NCBI RefSeq assembly: GCF_006345805.1
Contig: NC_043008.1
Location: 15,004,001-15,068,000, forward strand
Reading direction: 5' to 3'
Origin: Octopus sinensis
Taxonomy: Eukaryota
DNA: 64,000 nucleotides
The position numbers and the translations under genes are program-made. Below the pieces are notes generated by a model. The model did not search any database. It was given only the letters and a program-made list of their open reading frames with translations, and was not told the origin of the DNA. Below, piece after piece: positions 29,215 to 41,821 of the stretch. Within the stretch, counting starts at the first letter, position 1; each line of letters opens with the position of its first letter.

Positions 29215-29800
29215 GTTTCAAATTTTGGCACAGGAATTTCGCAGGAGCGGGGGACTAGTCGACTATATCGACCTCAGTTCTCACGAGGTATTTATTTTAT
29301 CGATCTCGAAAAGATGACCGGCAAAGTCGGCCTAGGTAGAATTTGAACTGAGAAAGTAAAGACGTACTAACGTTTCTGCCAACTTGTTACAATATTGTTT
29401 CAAATTTTGGTACAAGTCAACAATTTCGGTGGAGGGGCCGAGTCGATTACATCGACTTCAATGCTCAACTGGTACTTATTTTATCGATCCCGAAAGGACG
29501 AAAGGTAAAGTCGACTTCGCCGGAATTTGAACTCAGAACGTAAAGACGTGCTAACGTTTCTGCCAAACTTGTCTTATAGCTTTTACAATATGGTTTCAAA
29601 TTTTGGTACAAGTCAACAGTTTGGATGGAGGGGGCTGAGTCGATTACATCGACTCCAGTACTCAACTGGTACTTCATTTTTCGATCACGAAAGGATGAAA
29701 GGTAAAGTCGACTTCGTCGGAATTTGAACTCAGAACGTACAGACGGACCGAATGACGCTAAGCATTTTACCCGGCGAGCTACCGAATCAGCCAGTTCATT
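29215..29800 (-). mobile_element. Three tandem SINE family-1 units with tail A'
   Basis: Repeated CAAATTTTGG...GTCGA...GGAATTTGAACT blocks at about 29215, 29395 and 29590. Two units share an internal head deletion. Confidence 0.75.
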
Positions 29801-29865
29801 GCAAGCGACCAACGAAAAAATACCCCATAGGCTTGTGTGCATATATGTAACGCACACACCGGCGC

Positions 29866-29909
<44 letters not shown>

Positions 29910-30055
29910 ACACACACACACAAACACAAACACACACACACACATACACACACACACCCACACCCACAAACACACACACATACACCCCCACACGCACACA
30001 TACGATGTTAAATTGTAGTGCACTTAGATGTCTTTGGAAACTGATGTATAGGATT

Positions 30056-30120
30056 AAGGCGGTGAGCTGGCAGAAACGTTAATACGCCGGGCGAAATGCT
30101 TAGCGGTATTTAGTCTGCCG
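30056..30120 (+). mobile_element. 5' half of the SINE head split by the Tx1 LINE
   Basis: TAAGGCGGTGAGCTGGCAGAAACGTTAATACGCCGGGCGAAATGCTTAGCGGTATTTAGTCTGCCG. The remainder resumes at 35458. Confidence 0.9.
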
Positions 30121-30348
30121 CACATGTGTTCGTGAAGTAAGAATTGCTGTTTCGTGGTGTTAATATTGTTAACAACTGTTGTTTCTTGTTAAACTGTTGA
30201 ATAACTAACTGTTGGAGTTTTCAATTGAAAACACTTAGTGCTTGTGGTAGCACGCGTTGTCATTCCCCCTTTGGGGGAAGAATGTCGTCTAGCATGGAGC
30301 CTACCGTTGGAGCAGAAATACGTTTCTCCTGTTGAGAGGAGGAAATAC

Positions 30349-31444
30349 ATGTCCGGCGAGGAGCCAACTACAGACAGGGAAATAGGGGTTTCCCCCGCTA
30401 CAAGAAGGAATAGCAGAGAGGATATATATTTGATTTTTTGGAGATGTGTCTGAGAGCTCGTCAGAACTTTCACCAGAAGAGTTTCCGACTTTGCCAGAGA
30501 ACAAAGGCATTGTGTCGAAGAGAATAATTGATGTGCCTAGCATCCAGATAGAACCAAAAAATGGAAAAAAAAGTTTTGCGTTGGCTGCTGGGGGTGGAAC
30601 CCAGATACTGTCGACGAATAAAAGCGAAATTATGAAATACAGCAAATGATGGAAATAAATGACAACAGTGTGAAAATTGAACCTCCGCAAAAGTTATTAC
30701 AGGAAGAAAAGCAAAAAACAATAATTTTCAAAACATATTGTCTACAAAATAGAAAAATTGAAAGAATGTCAGAAGAGAAAATAGAAAGTGTGCTTAAAGC
30801 CAATATTGGGCGACGTAGTATTTCTGAGAAGAGGAAAAAATTCGGAACGGTGGAAGTAAGGTTCACCAATAAAGAAATAGCACACAAGAACTCAGTGGAA
30901 ACGTTGAAAACGAACGACGTGAGTTAAGTTAATACCTATTATATGGGGATGAGGACGTCGCGAATAAAAATTACAAGGGTCCCGCCAGAGGTCGAACCTA
31001 TGTGGTTGTTGGCGGCAGTCCTAATCAAAGAGGTAGAAAAAATTACTCTCCTCCAGGCTACCGCTACGGAAAACCCACGCTGGGATGGTAAAACAATTAA
31101 TCTTCTCATTCAAGAGGACCCTAAAATAATTCAAACAATTCCTGAGACAATTGAGGTAGGGGAGGAGAACCTCGTGGTGTTTGTTGAGGGCCGAAAACCT
31201 CGATGTTTTTTATGTGGTCAATTAGGCCACATTCGAAGGAACTGCAAGGAAAATGAAGAAGAGGAGGAAGAGGAGAAAAAGACAAAGAGGAGAAGATAAA
31301 AAGAAGAAACAGATGAGAAAAAAACAACAAACAAAGAAAAATACAACCAGCAACCCAGCCGAGAGCGGCGACTACTACAGAACAACGACCAAAAAAGACT
31401 GCCAGAAGAGAAAAAAGAAAAAGCATAATAGCCGTATACACTAA
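30349..31444 (+). pseudogene. LINE ORF1 (gag-like nucleic-acid-binding protein), disrupted
   Basis: Pieced from ORFs 30238-30453, 30446-30649, 30646-30927, 30943-31299 and 31253-31444. There is an in-frame TAA at 30925-30927. Zinc knuckle EGRKPRCFLCGQLGHIRRNC (CX2CX4HX4C) is followed by a K/E-rich tail. The start codon choice is uncertain. Confidence 0.8.
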
Positions 31445-31810
31445 AGATACTGAGCTCATGAGAGACATTCAACTCATAAAGACTGTAAAAAAATTGATAA
31501 CCTTTCAGAGGAATTTATCAATTCGACATATATGAAGTCTCAAATAAGACTTATAGAATTCTACAAAATAAGTACAGAAAGACTGTATCTTCATTGAGAT
31601 TAGATTTTAACAAGTCGATATTTCATGGATTACCAGCTCCGATCCCGCGAGAAAAGGAAAAGGTGGAGATTCCCCCCCACCTGATAATTCTGTGTCGGTG
31701 GTGAGACGGGATTTTGACAAATCTATTTCCCAAACGTCCACCTCCGACCCTGGATAAAAAAAGGTGGAGGGTCCCCCTCCACCGGACAATCCTAATTAAA
31801 CAGGTAAGTG

Positions 31811-34800
31811 ATGGCTATTCACATTGGTTGTTTAAATGTTCATGGCCTGTTGTCAAGCTGGAAGCAAGGACGCTTCTGAATGACATCAGGTCGAGAAATT
31901 GGTGATGTAATTGTTGCAACGGAAACCCGGGTGAAGGGGCAAGAGATCTGCTCCCCCTCCTGAACGGCTACGAGAAATACGTTCTCCGAGTCGGGCGGGA
32001 GGTGGGGGTGGGGTGTTGGTCCTACTAAAAAGAAACCGGGTAGCCGAGAAAAAGTTGGTTGTTTTTCTGACCCAGAAGGCAGGCTGGTCGTTCTCGACTT
32101 GACATTCAGTTGTGGCAAGACAATCAGGCTGGTCGCTATTTATGCACCAAACATTATTGGCCCGCAAACTGAATATTTTCGTGGCCTAGGAAAGTTCCTA
32201 GCCACGTCGCATTCACTAGTAGTTTAGGAGACTCTAATACAATATGTGCAGCACACACAGATTGTGTTGGCTCAAACTCGAACATGAACAGAAAATGTAA
32301 CACAGGCTTTCGGGATCTGCTAAGTCAATTTCAGCTAGCAGATCCATATAGGTTGGAGCACCCGAACACTCCACAGTGGACGTGGTCAAATAGTGACGGG
32401 TCTACCAGAACATATCTAGATAGGATTTTAATTAGAGAAAAAGATAAGTTCATAGTTGAGTGTCCACAGTTTTTCTAGTCAGCTACAGTGACCACAAGAT
32501 GGTTACCTGTAAACTGACGGTAGATAAGTTGCATAGACAGGGATCTGGCTACTGGAAACTCAATACGTCCCTTTTGGCGATTGAGGAGTACAGAAAGCGG
32601 ATCAAGATGTTAATACAGAGGGCATTAACAGGTACCATCATTAATAACAAATGGTGGTACGCCCTAAAAAGAGCCATCAAATATGAGTCTATTAGGTTTA
32701 GCATAAGTTTAGCTAAGAAGGACGTAAAATAGGAGATGGTCTAGTTAAGGAACTAGAAGAAGCCTGGAGGACTGGTAATACAGACCAAGCGAGGGTGAAA
32801 AGACTGGAGTTAAACTAGCATCTTGAAGCCCACCACATGGGAAGTATTACCAGAGCTAAGTTACGTGCAATGGGAAGTGAAGGAATCAAAGCCGCTGGAT
32901 GGGCCCGAGTGGTGGAAGCTCGGCAAGGAAATAGTTCCTCTATTCGGTCTTTGACGAATCAAAATGGTGTCTTGATAAACGAACCCGAGAAAATGTGTGA
33001 GGTCTTTCGGGAGTACTTCGCCCAGCTGTTCGGGGGTGACGGCGGTCCTGGTGGTGGGAGAGCCCTCGAGGACTTTCTTACCGGGCTGCCGTGCCTCTCG
33101 GGGTCGGATGCGGAGTCTTGCGAAGGGCCAATCACACTTGAGGAGGTGATCGAGGCTTTGGCCGATTGTAAAGCGGGTAAGTCACCGGGACTTGATGGTC
33201 TTCCGTACGAGCTGTATAAATGTATGCCAGACTTGTTCGGGCAACTACTGACTGACGTGTACGCGAACTGGAAACAGAATGGGTTTATCCCCAGATCTGT
33301 GCGCCGGGGAATAGTGACGTTGGTCAGAAAGGACCCGGACAAGGGGGACGTTCTAGAGAATTTCAGGCCCATCACTCTGTTAAACGCAGAAGTGAAGATT
33401 TTGGCCAAGGTTCTAGCAAAAAGGTTGGCGCGTGTCGCGAATGGTATAGTCGGGGAGGCACAGACATGTGCCATCCCAGGCAGAACATTCATTCTGATAC
33501 CCTCCATCTTATTCGCTATACCATAGAGAGGTTTGGTAATAAATCTGGCAAAGGTGGGGCAATTGGTGCATTTGGACCAGTCTAAAGCTTTTGATAGGGT
33601 TGACCATCGATACCTAGCGACTGTACTTGCGCGGTTTGGCCTGGGCCTTGGCTTCCTCAGGTGGTTTATCGCTTTGTACCACAACATTGACTCGATAGTT
33701 CGGGTGAACGGTTTCCTTTCGAAGCCGTTCCGCATCAGACGCTCGGTTCGTCAAGGATGTCCGCTTTCACCACTTTTGTATGTGATGGCTCTCGAGCCAT
33801 TACTGCAAGGTTGAGTGGCATCCCGAGAGAACCAGGACTAGAGAGGAGTTTGTTACGGCTTTCGCGGATGATATCACTATCAGTGTAACCACAGTGGTAC
33901 GCCTACGTGAAGTAGGTAAGACTATTGAGGCTTACGAGGAGGTAGCAGGAGCAAAGATTAACCGGGAAAAGTCGGTCGGCTTGCAGCTCGGCACCTGGGT
34001 TGGCAAGTCGATGCCTTCAGACAGTGTTGTTAGGCGCTGGACGGAGGGACCGGTTAAGTTGCTGGGAGTCTGGTTTGGACCAGGCCTCCCAAGAACTGGA
34101 CGGAGGTATTGAGCAGGGTGGCTGCAGTAGTTAAGACTTGGTCTTGGCGGTGGCTATCCCTGAAAGGGAGGACGGAAGTGGCCAATGTGTTTATCGCATC
34201 GGTCATTACCTACCGCCTGACTGTCGTGCCCTGTCCGGATCCGTGGTTGATCAGGTTGGAGAGACAGCTCTTTCGCTTTTTGTGGAAGGGCAGGTCGCCA
34301 CTTGTGAAACGCTCTGTCTGCTGTCAAAAGCCTTTAAATGGAGGTTAGGGAGATGCTTGGTTAATGATGCGCAGACATGCGTTGAGGTTGAGGCACCTCT
34401 GGATTCTCCTGGATAGTGAACGGGTGTGGTCTCCGCTGGCCAGACAAATGTTCCCTGAGTTCAAGAGTTTTTGCGAACAGGAAGCCTGGTGTTCTCGTAG
34501 ACCGAGGTCGAGTGAGTGGCATAAAGAGTGCCGTAAGGCCCTCTTGCTGTTCCGGCGCTCGGGCAACGCCAGCGGTGGGGGTTCCACACGGATTTTATAT
34601 AGTGGGTTGGTAGAGTCTGAATGCGACGATGGCCTGGGGTCGACTCTAGGTCTCGGATTTATTCAACTGGACAGCTTGTTTCATCGTACATTCGGGTGAG
34701 AACGTTGGACAACTTCCAAAAGTCCTTAACCTGGCAATGCTACAGAGGTGCCTTGCCCGTTTGGGATAAGCTCGCAAGACATGGTAAACGTCAGTCGCCG

Positions 34801-35205
34801 ACCTGTCCAAGATGCGGTGGGGACAGGGAAACCGTCCCTCACGCTATTGTTCAGTGTCCGGAGATAACTGAAATGTGGGCTTATGCTGAACATCTGTTGT
34901 CCGGCGAAGGAAGAGTACGGCTGTCGACTGAGTCAATTATAAAAATTGACCCACCGGGAGTTCTAACGAACGAAGGTAAGATTTGTTTTCTCACGGTTGT
35001 AGCAATAGCAAAAGAGGCTGTATGGAATACTAGGATAAAAGGAATTAAGACAGGCAACTTTATCTCTGGTGACAATTTACGATCCTTTTTTTCTTTTCAT
35101 TTGAAAAGGAAACTGTGGCTGGAGAAGAGGTGTCTGTCAGAGTGTACGTTCCAAAAGAGATGGAAGTATGTTGCACGAGTGTTGTGCGTGCAAGGAACCG
35201 TGTGA
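31811..35205 (+). pseudogene. LINE ORF2 (APE endonuclease, reverse transcriptase, CCHC), multiple frameshifts and stops
   Basis: APE motifs: MAIHIGCLNVHGL, DPEGRLVVLD, IRLVAIYAPN, TYLDRIL, SDH. RT motifs: KSPGLDGLPYELY, NFRPITLLN, LDQSKAFDRVDH, RQGCPLSPLLY, FADDI. C-terminal CPRCGGDRETVPHAIVQC. Confidence 0.93.
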
Positions 35206-35457
35206 ATAGACGAGGAAGAAAAAAAAAAAAAAAGGAAAAATAAAAAGGTATCAGCGGTAGATCGGGGCTTGTGGGATCGGAGCGTAACTTGATCATCGCT
35301 TCATTTGTATTGTTTTTGTACTGTGTATTCCATTCGATTTTTATGTATTGTATTTTATTTTTGATGTCACATTTATGTAAAATCATATCGATTCACTGAT
35401 CCCATCAGTTGTACTGTCCATATCTATGTTTGGCCCCCGGTGGGCAATAAAGAAATT

Positions 35458-35968
35458 GGTATTTCGTCTGCCGCTACGTTCTGAGTTCAAATTCCGCGGA
35501 GGTCGACTTTGCCTTTCATCCTTTCGGGGTCGAGAAATGAAGCACCAGTTATACACTGGGGTCGATGTAATCGACTTAATACCTATGTCTATCCTTGTTT
35601 GTCCCCTCTATGTTTAGCCCCTTGTGGGTAATAAAGAAATAGGTATTTCGTCTGCCGCTACGTTCTGTGTTCAAATTCCGCCGAAGTCGACTTTGCCTTT
35701 CATTCTTTCGGGGTCAATTAAATAAGTACCAGTTACGCACTGGGGTCGATATAATCGACTTAATACGTTTGTCTGTCCTTGTTTGTTTCCTTGTTTAGCG
35801 TTAAGTTCTGAGTTCAAACTCCGCCGAGGTCGACTTTGCATTTCATCCTTTCGGGATCGATTAAATAAGTACTGGTTACGCACTGGGGTTGATGTATTCG
35901 ACTGAAACCCTTTGTGTGTCTTTGTTTCTTCCCTCTATGTTTAGCCCCCTATGGGCAGTAAAGAAATA
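35458..35968 (+). mobile_element. 3' remainder of the split SINE plus further tandem units
   Basis: Unit 35458-35641 (184 bp), junction at 35642, a truncated second unit and a third unit ending AAAGAAATA. Confidence 0.88.
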
Positions 35969-36599
35969 CATTTTCACTTAAAAGGCAATGGTCGGCCCGG
36001 GGTTAAAGAAGAAAACACTTGGCCAAGGTGTCACGCAATGGAACTGAACTCGAAACCACATGGTTCCAAAGCGAGTTTTGTTTTAGCCACACAGTCACGA
36101 CTGGTCTATCTCCAAAACTTAAAAAGTTATCTGGAGAACTATATTCGCATATAACCACCAAGAATGTAACTAGATTATAAATGCAAAGACAAGTTATATT
36201 ATAGAAAAGCATCGTCCTATGTAATGTTATAACAGTGAGAAGGCAAAAAAGGGTTTGTAGAATAATTGACAGTTTCAGAAGAGTATTAGCAGAGCTGGAA
36301 GTGGTCTGACATCTATTAATGTTTGGATAGACATAACTGGTCGAGTACAGATTATAATAAACGTCACTTCTAATATCTGCATTGAATCAGGATGATCGTT
36401 TAGATTTTATTTTTGTTTTAGACATAATGAGAAGTCCATGCTGGAACACTAAGAGAACAAATGGTTGTAAAAGATGTTATACAGAACTTTATAATCAGTA
36501 TAATGTAGATTTCTGAAAAAATAATATTTGTTGGGACACAGGGAGACGGACTTAGGAACTTGGCTGAAGTGAATTATTGATTTGGTACGTGAAGTATAT

Positions 36600-36670
<71 letters not shown>

Positions 36671-36922
36671 ATGATTGATTGTCTATGTTTGTCCTCCGTC
36701 ATCGTTTGACAACCGATGTTGTGTGCTTACGTCCCCGTAACTTTGTGGTTGAGCCAAAGAGACCGATAGAATAAGTACTAGGTTTACAAAGAATAAGTCC
36801 TGGGGTCGATTTCCTCGACTAAAGGCAGTGCTCCAGCATGGCCGCATTCAAATGACTGAAACAAGTAAAAGAGTATCTATCTATCTATCTGCCTATCTAT
36901 CTATCTATCTATCTATCTATCA

Positions 36923-36970
<48 letters not shown>

Positions 36971-37096
36971 ATCTTTCTATCTATCTATCTATGTTGTCAA
37001 TCGAAACAAGAAGAAGCAAGAAAAAAACAACAACACGAGTACGTGGTACAAGTACTGTGTTATTAGACGTTCAGGAAAGGAAAGAAAAGAAAGAGG

Positions 37097-37131
37097 ATTT
37101 CACGATTCGAGCGGTGCTCTTCATCAGAAAT
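37097..37131 (-). ncRNA. Degenerate hammerhead motif
   Basis: ATTT-CTGATGA-A-GAGC-ACC-GCTC-GAAT-CG-TG-AAAT, with two core substitutions. Confidence 0.5.
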
Positions 37132-38292
37132 ATAGAAAAAGTCCAAAGAAGGGAAGACGGAGAAAGAAAATCGTCAACGATACACACGCGGTCACATATT
37201 GAAATATATATATATATATATGTTCTAGTTTCTGTGGATATCGGACTTTAGATGAATCAATCTTACCAGTTGTGGCACGAGTTTGAGGAGGTTTGCAAAA
37301 GTTCAGAACACGGCTCCTCTTAACTCTCTTCCTCTTTTTCTGGTTTAACTTCTAAAACAACAACAACAACAACAACAACAACAGCACCACCACCTATAAC
37401 AACAACCACAAAACCAATGTAATTTTAATGATCATATTTTCTGCCTAGCGTTAGACGGGTATTTTAACATTTTTAAAAGAATCAATTACAACTGAATGAT
37501 AAAATAAAATAAAATAAAATAAAATAAACTAACAATAATCCAAAGATTATGGCTTTGACCAATAAAAAGATGCAGCACATTTCTGTTGCCTGGCAAATTT
37601 TCAAATGGTTTTATGTGTGTTTACGCCCTTACAGTTTCTTTATGTGTTTGTCTTTTGATTGTGTAGATTTTTATACACGCGCTCTGCGTGAGTGTGCGTA
37701 ATGTGGTGGACTTTGTTCATAGAATGTTTATCAAACAATGATTTAATCAAATATTTAATGTACATAATTCACTAAAACAACAAAGTTATCGAACTTTCGC
37801 TGCAGTGCGTTGACATGGCCGACTGTCGCCTTCTTCAAACTGTTGTGGCCGTTTTAGTTGTTGTTGCTGTTTTGGGGGCCTCAGATCAATTCTGATTGAT
37901 CAAACCTCAGTTCAATGACTGACTCGAAGTGTTTCAGTCATTCATACCTTTGACTACACTACGAAATGTGTTCTCAAAAATAATGGTGGTGTGTAAATTC
38001 GAGAGGCATTAACTGCTATTACTTGTTGAATGTATGACCACGTAGAGGCTCACTTTGTTGGTGTACAATGGTGGTGGAGATAATCAGGCGCATGGCATTC
38101 GAAATATATTCTTCATTATCAAGATTTCATTACTTCCTCCCCAACAAAAACCTCGGACATAAAATTATGGAGACTTGTATATAAAACAAGATCATGTGCA
38201 AATGAAGAAATCTCTATATATTCGCCCGACCTTCTAGAAATATAAGCTAAATGCTCCTCAGATTACACCTTAGTGCTTTTTAAAATAAAGAC

Positions 38293-38867
38293 TAAGGCGT
38301 GATGGCAGAAACGTTAGCACGCCGGGCGAAATGCTTAGCGATAGTTCGTCTGCCACTATGTTCTGAGTTCAAATTCCGCCGAGGTCGACTTTGCCTTTCA
38401 TCCTTTCGGGGTCGATATAATCGATTTAATCCGTTTCTCTGTCCTTGTTTGTCCCCTCTATGTTTAGCCCCTTGTGGGCAATAGAGAAATAAGAAACGTT
38501 AGCACGCCGGGCGAAATGCTTAGCGATAGTTCGTCTGCCACTATGTTCTGAGTTCAAATTCCGCCGAGGTCGACTTTGCCTTTCATCCTTTCGGGGTCGA
38601 TATAATCGATTTAATCCGTTTCTCTGTCCTTGTTTGTCCCCTCTATGTTTAGCCCCTTGTGGGCAATAGAGAAATAAGAAACGTTAGCACGCCGGGCGAA
38701 ATGCTTAGCGATAGTTCGTCTGCCACTATGTTCTGAGTTCAAATTCCGCCGAGGTCGACTTTGCCTTTCATCCTTTCGGGGTCGATATAATCGATTTAAT
38801 CCGTTTCTCTGTCCTTGTTTGTCCCCTCTATGTTTAGCCCCTTGTGGGCAATAGAGAAATAAGAAAC
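38293..38867 (+). mobile_element. Three identical 185-bp internally deleted SINE units in tandem
   Basis: AGAAACGTTAGC recurs at 38307, 38492 and 38677. All units lack the AAGTACCAGTTACGCACTGGGG segment. Confidence 0.92.
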
Positions 38868-38879
38868 AGAAACAAGAAC

Positions 38880-39490
38880 AAGCATTGATGTGCAGAATTG
38901 ATAAAAGAACCGGGAGCGACAAATGCATAATGTGTGGTGAGAAGTGGTGAGAAGGGTGAAGCAGTGTGACACCATCGTTAGTGAATGCCTGAAATTGGTA
39001 CAACGTGAAAACAAAAGTCGACATGATAATGTGACAAGAATGATCCATTGGCATAGAAAGATCAAAGACGTGCTATGACCAAATCCCAGAAGGAGTTACA
39101 GAGAATGAGGATTGCAAACTTTGTGGGATTCAGTGTGACTATCAGATTAAACATCGAAAACCTAACATCGAAAAAAAAACTATTTGGCATAGCATGTCCC
39201 AGTGATAACTGGATTGAAGAGAAAGAATAAAAGTGAACAAATATGATGAATTAAAGTGGGAAATACACAGGTTGTGAGAAGTAAAGACGACGTGGTACCA
39301 ATAGTGATTGGAGCGCTTGGAAGTATCAGCACCCACCTACCAACATGGCTCAAAAAAATTGGAACGGATGTAGAGTTAGAAAACCTACAAACAATCAGCA
39401 TTGCTTGGAACTGCAAGAGTCCTCCGCAGGGTTCTTGAAGCATGGCCCGTAAAAAAATATCACCTTAGTCTGCTGGCTATGGACAAATGA
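38880..39490 (+). pseudogene. RLE-type non-LTR retrotransposon 3' fragment (R4/Dong-like)
   Basis: CIMCGEK..IVSEC..SRHDNV..IHW...PEGVTENED...HRKPNI...KYDELKWEI...VVPIVIGALGS...LLGTARVLRRVLEA. Confidence 0.8.
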
Positions 39491-39504
39491 CATGCACTTT
39501 GTAC

Positions 39505-39985
39505 CAGTTGCGGGTAGTGAGCTTGCAAATGAGTCGTTTCTCCACACGGAAAACAATGCAGCCTTTTGCCCTCAGTCATGATCTGTATCACCGTCCCGTC
39601 CTGGAGACGGATATGGTCAAGGTTTTTTTGTTTCCGGATCTGATCTGGAGAAATATCTCCAGGTCAACCACGGGCTAGTCCTCCCTGCAGTTCTTGTCGC
39701 CTCTGTCGAGACAGTATCCGTCCCCTCCACGATTAAGGATCTCAGAAGCCACCAAATATGAAGTCCTGGAGAGATCCAAGGGAAGCAGACACGTACTGTA
39801 CGTTTCCCCATGTGGGAAAGGTACATAATGACTTAGCTGCTTTTGCAAGGTGTCATTGAATGTTTCATAGCGAGGGCTTCTGACTTAAACAGCACCGAAA
39901 TGGCGCCGTGTTGTTTGCCCCTCGCTATATACTCGACATTATTTGTGATGCACCTCAGCGTCGCCTCAATATCAACTTGGGTCAA
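39505..39985 (-). pseudogene. ORF1 fragment of a second, diverged Tx1-like LINE
   Basis: IEATLRCITNNVEYIARGKQHGAISVLF, MGKRTVRV..WLLRSL and IMTEGKRLHCFPCGETTHLQAHYP align by eye, in order, with ORF1 at 30770-31250, including a decayed knuckle. Confidence 0.68.
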
Positions 39986-40979
39986 GGCAGTATTTCGTCT
40001 GTCTTTACGTTCTGAGTTCAAATTTCGCCGATGTTGACTTTGCCATTCATCCTTACGGGGTCGAAAAATTAAGTACCAGTTGCGTACTGGAGTTTAATCG
40101 ACTGGCCCCCCCTCCCCCAAAATTTCGAGCCTTGTGTCTAGAGTAGAAAAGAATATCTAGTTGGGCTACTAAAGCCCTTCTTTTCGTGTCTGCTGCTATG
40201 CATCTGAACAGCACCATTCTTCTCTCCACTGCTACAACTGTCTTTGACGGGACAGTTAGATAGGCCCACGTTTTCTCTTGTTTAATTGGTGTCCTTGCCT
40301 GCATTAGCATTTGGTCCCTATTTGTTAGATCCACGTTAATGCGTTGTTTGTTCTTCGTTGCTGCAGCTGCGAATGTGCTTTCGTTGTTGGTAATGTTCTT
40401 GTTGTTGTTGTTGCTGTTATTATTGCTGCTGATTCTGCCGTTGTTGTTGTTGTCGTTGTTCTTGTCGATGTTGTTGGTATTGGTTTTGTTGTTGTTGCTG
40501 TTGTTGCTATCGCTACTGCCGCTGCATTTGCTATTCTTTTCGTGGTCGTTGTTGCTATCGCTATACTACTGCCGCGGCTACCGTCACTATTTCGGGTGCT
40601 GTTCTCATTGCTATTGCTGTTACAGTTACTAACACTAGGGAAGTTGAGAGAAATCTTCAGCCGTTACCATATTCGTAGGAGAGATTGTTTTGTCTTTTCT
40701 CAACTCTTTCAAGACTCACTCCAACATCTTGCTGAGTTGTGTTTTATTCAATTAAATTAAACGGCCACAGAATTATTTGATGAGCCGAATATAGCCTCTC
40801 TAGGGGATAAACAACCATAGAAAACTGGTAACAGGTTACTGGTGTTTCTATTGACAATTTGGAATAAAATAAATATTGCCAAAAAAAACAAAAAAACCCA
40901 CCAATCCTGGTGTAAATAAATACTTTGAACTGAACTTACTTTGAGCGTTCGAAAACATGGCCGATGTTTTCCGCAGCAA

Positions 40980-41023
<44 letters not shown>

Positions 41024-41626
41024 TTAATGATAATTTGGAGTACAGTGTATTTGTTGTATTGAGCTGTTAAAAACTAAACTTGCTAACCTTCAGTTTTAAC
41101 TAGAATTCTGAAGACAGACTAAATCACCTTAATGCAATCGTATGCAAAGCTGCCAGTTTTGGAATGATGTTGATTTCTTGGAGAAAATAGATTCTAGCAC
41201 TTGGATTATAAATACATGATGGTTAGTTATCTGTGAAGAAGCTTAGTTCTGACATAAACCCAACAGCGGATTATTTGAGTAAGGGATTTTGACAGCTATT
41301 CCCTTGGACATCTGATCTATCAATCAATCTATCCATATAATCTATCTGTCTATCTGTCTATTAGTTTATTTCTCTGGTTTATTTGTAAATCTCAGCAACT
41401 CTCCAGCTACATTAAAACACATACGTGCATGGCCTTGTGCGCGTTCACTCGTGTGTATGTATGTATGTATGTATGTATGTATGTATGTATGTATGTATGT
41501 ATCTATCTATCTATCTATCTATATACGCACATGCACACATACACACATATATACATATGATTATATTTATATGTACATATATACATACATACATATATAT
41601 ATATATATGCATATATATATATACAC

Positions 41627-41657
<31 letters not shown>

Positions 41658-41769
41658 TATATATATATACACGCATATATATATATATGTATATATGTAT
41701 GTATATATATATATATATATGTATATGTATATGTATATATATATTATATATATACATATATATATCTAT

Positions 41770-41821
<52 letters not shown>

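Larger units (their letters stand above)
30121..35457 (+). mobile_element. Full-length but decayed non-LTR retrotransposon, Tx1/L1 clade, inserted into the head of a tRNA-derived SINE
   Basis: ORF1 has a CCHC knuckle and ORF2 has APE, RT and a C-terminal CCHC motif. Flanked by a 16-bp direct repeat, GGTATTTAGTCTGCCG (30105-30120) and GGTATTTCGTCTGCCG (35458-35473). The 3' end is ...CCCCCGGTGGGCAATAAAGAAATT. Confidence 0.93.

Noticed and set aside
36420-36515. Plus-strand exon candidate after a strong acceptor (IMRSPCWNTKRTNGCKRCY...)
   Set aside because: It is short, ends in a stop, has no recognisable domain and has no partner exons.
40338-40760. Signal-peptide or membrane-protein-like ORFs (poly-L, poly-V)
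   Set aside because: They derive from (GTT/GCT)n trinucleotide repeats.
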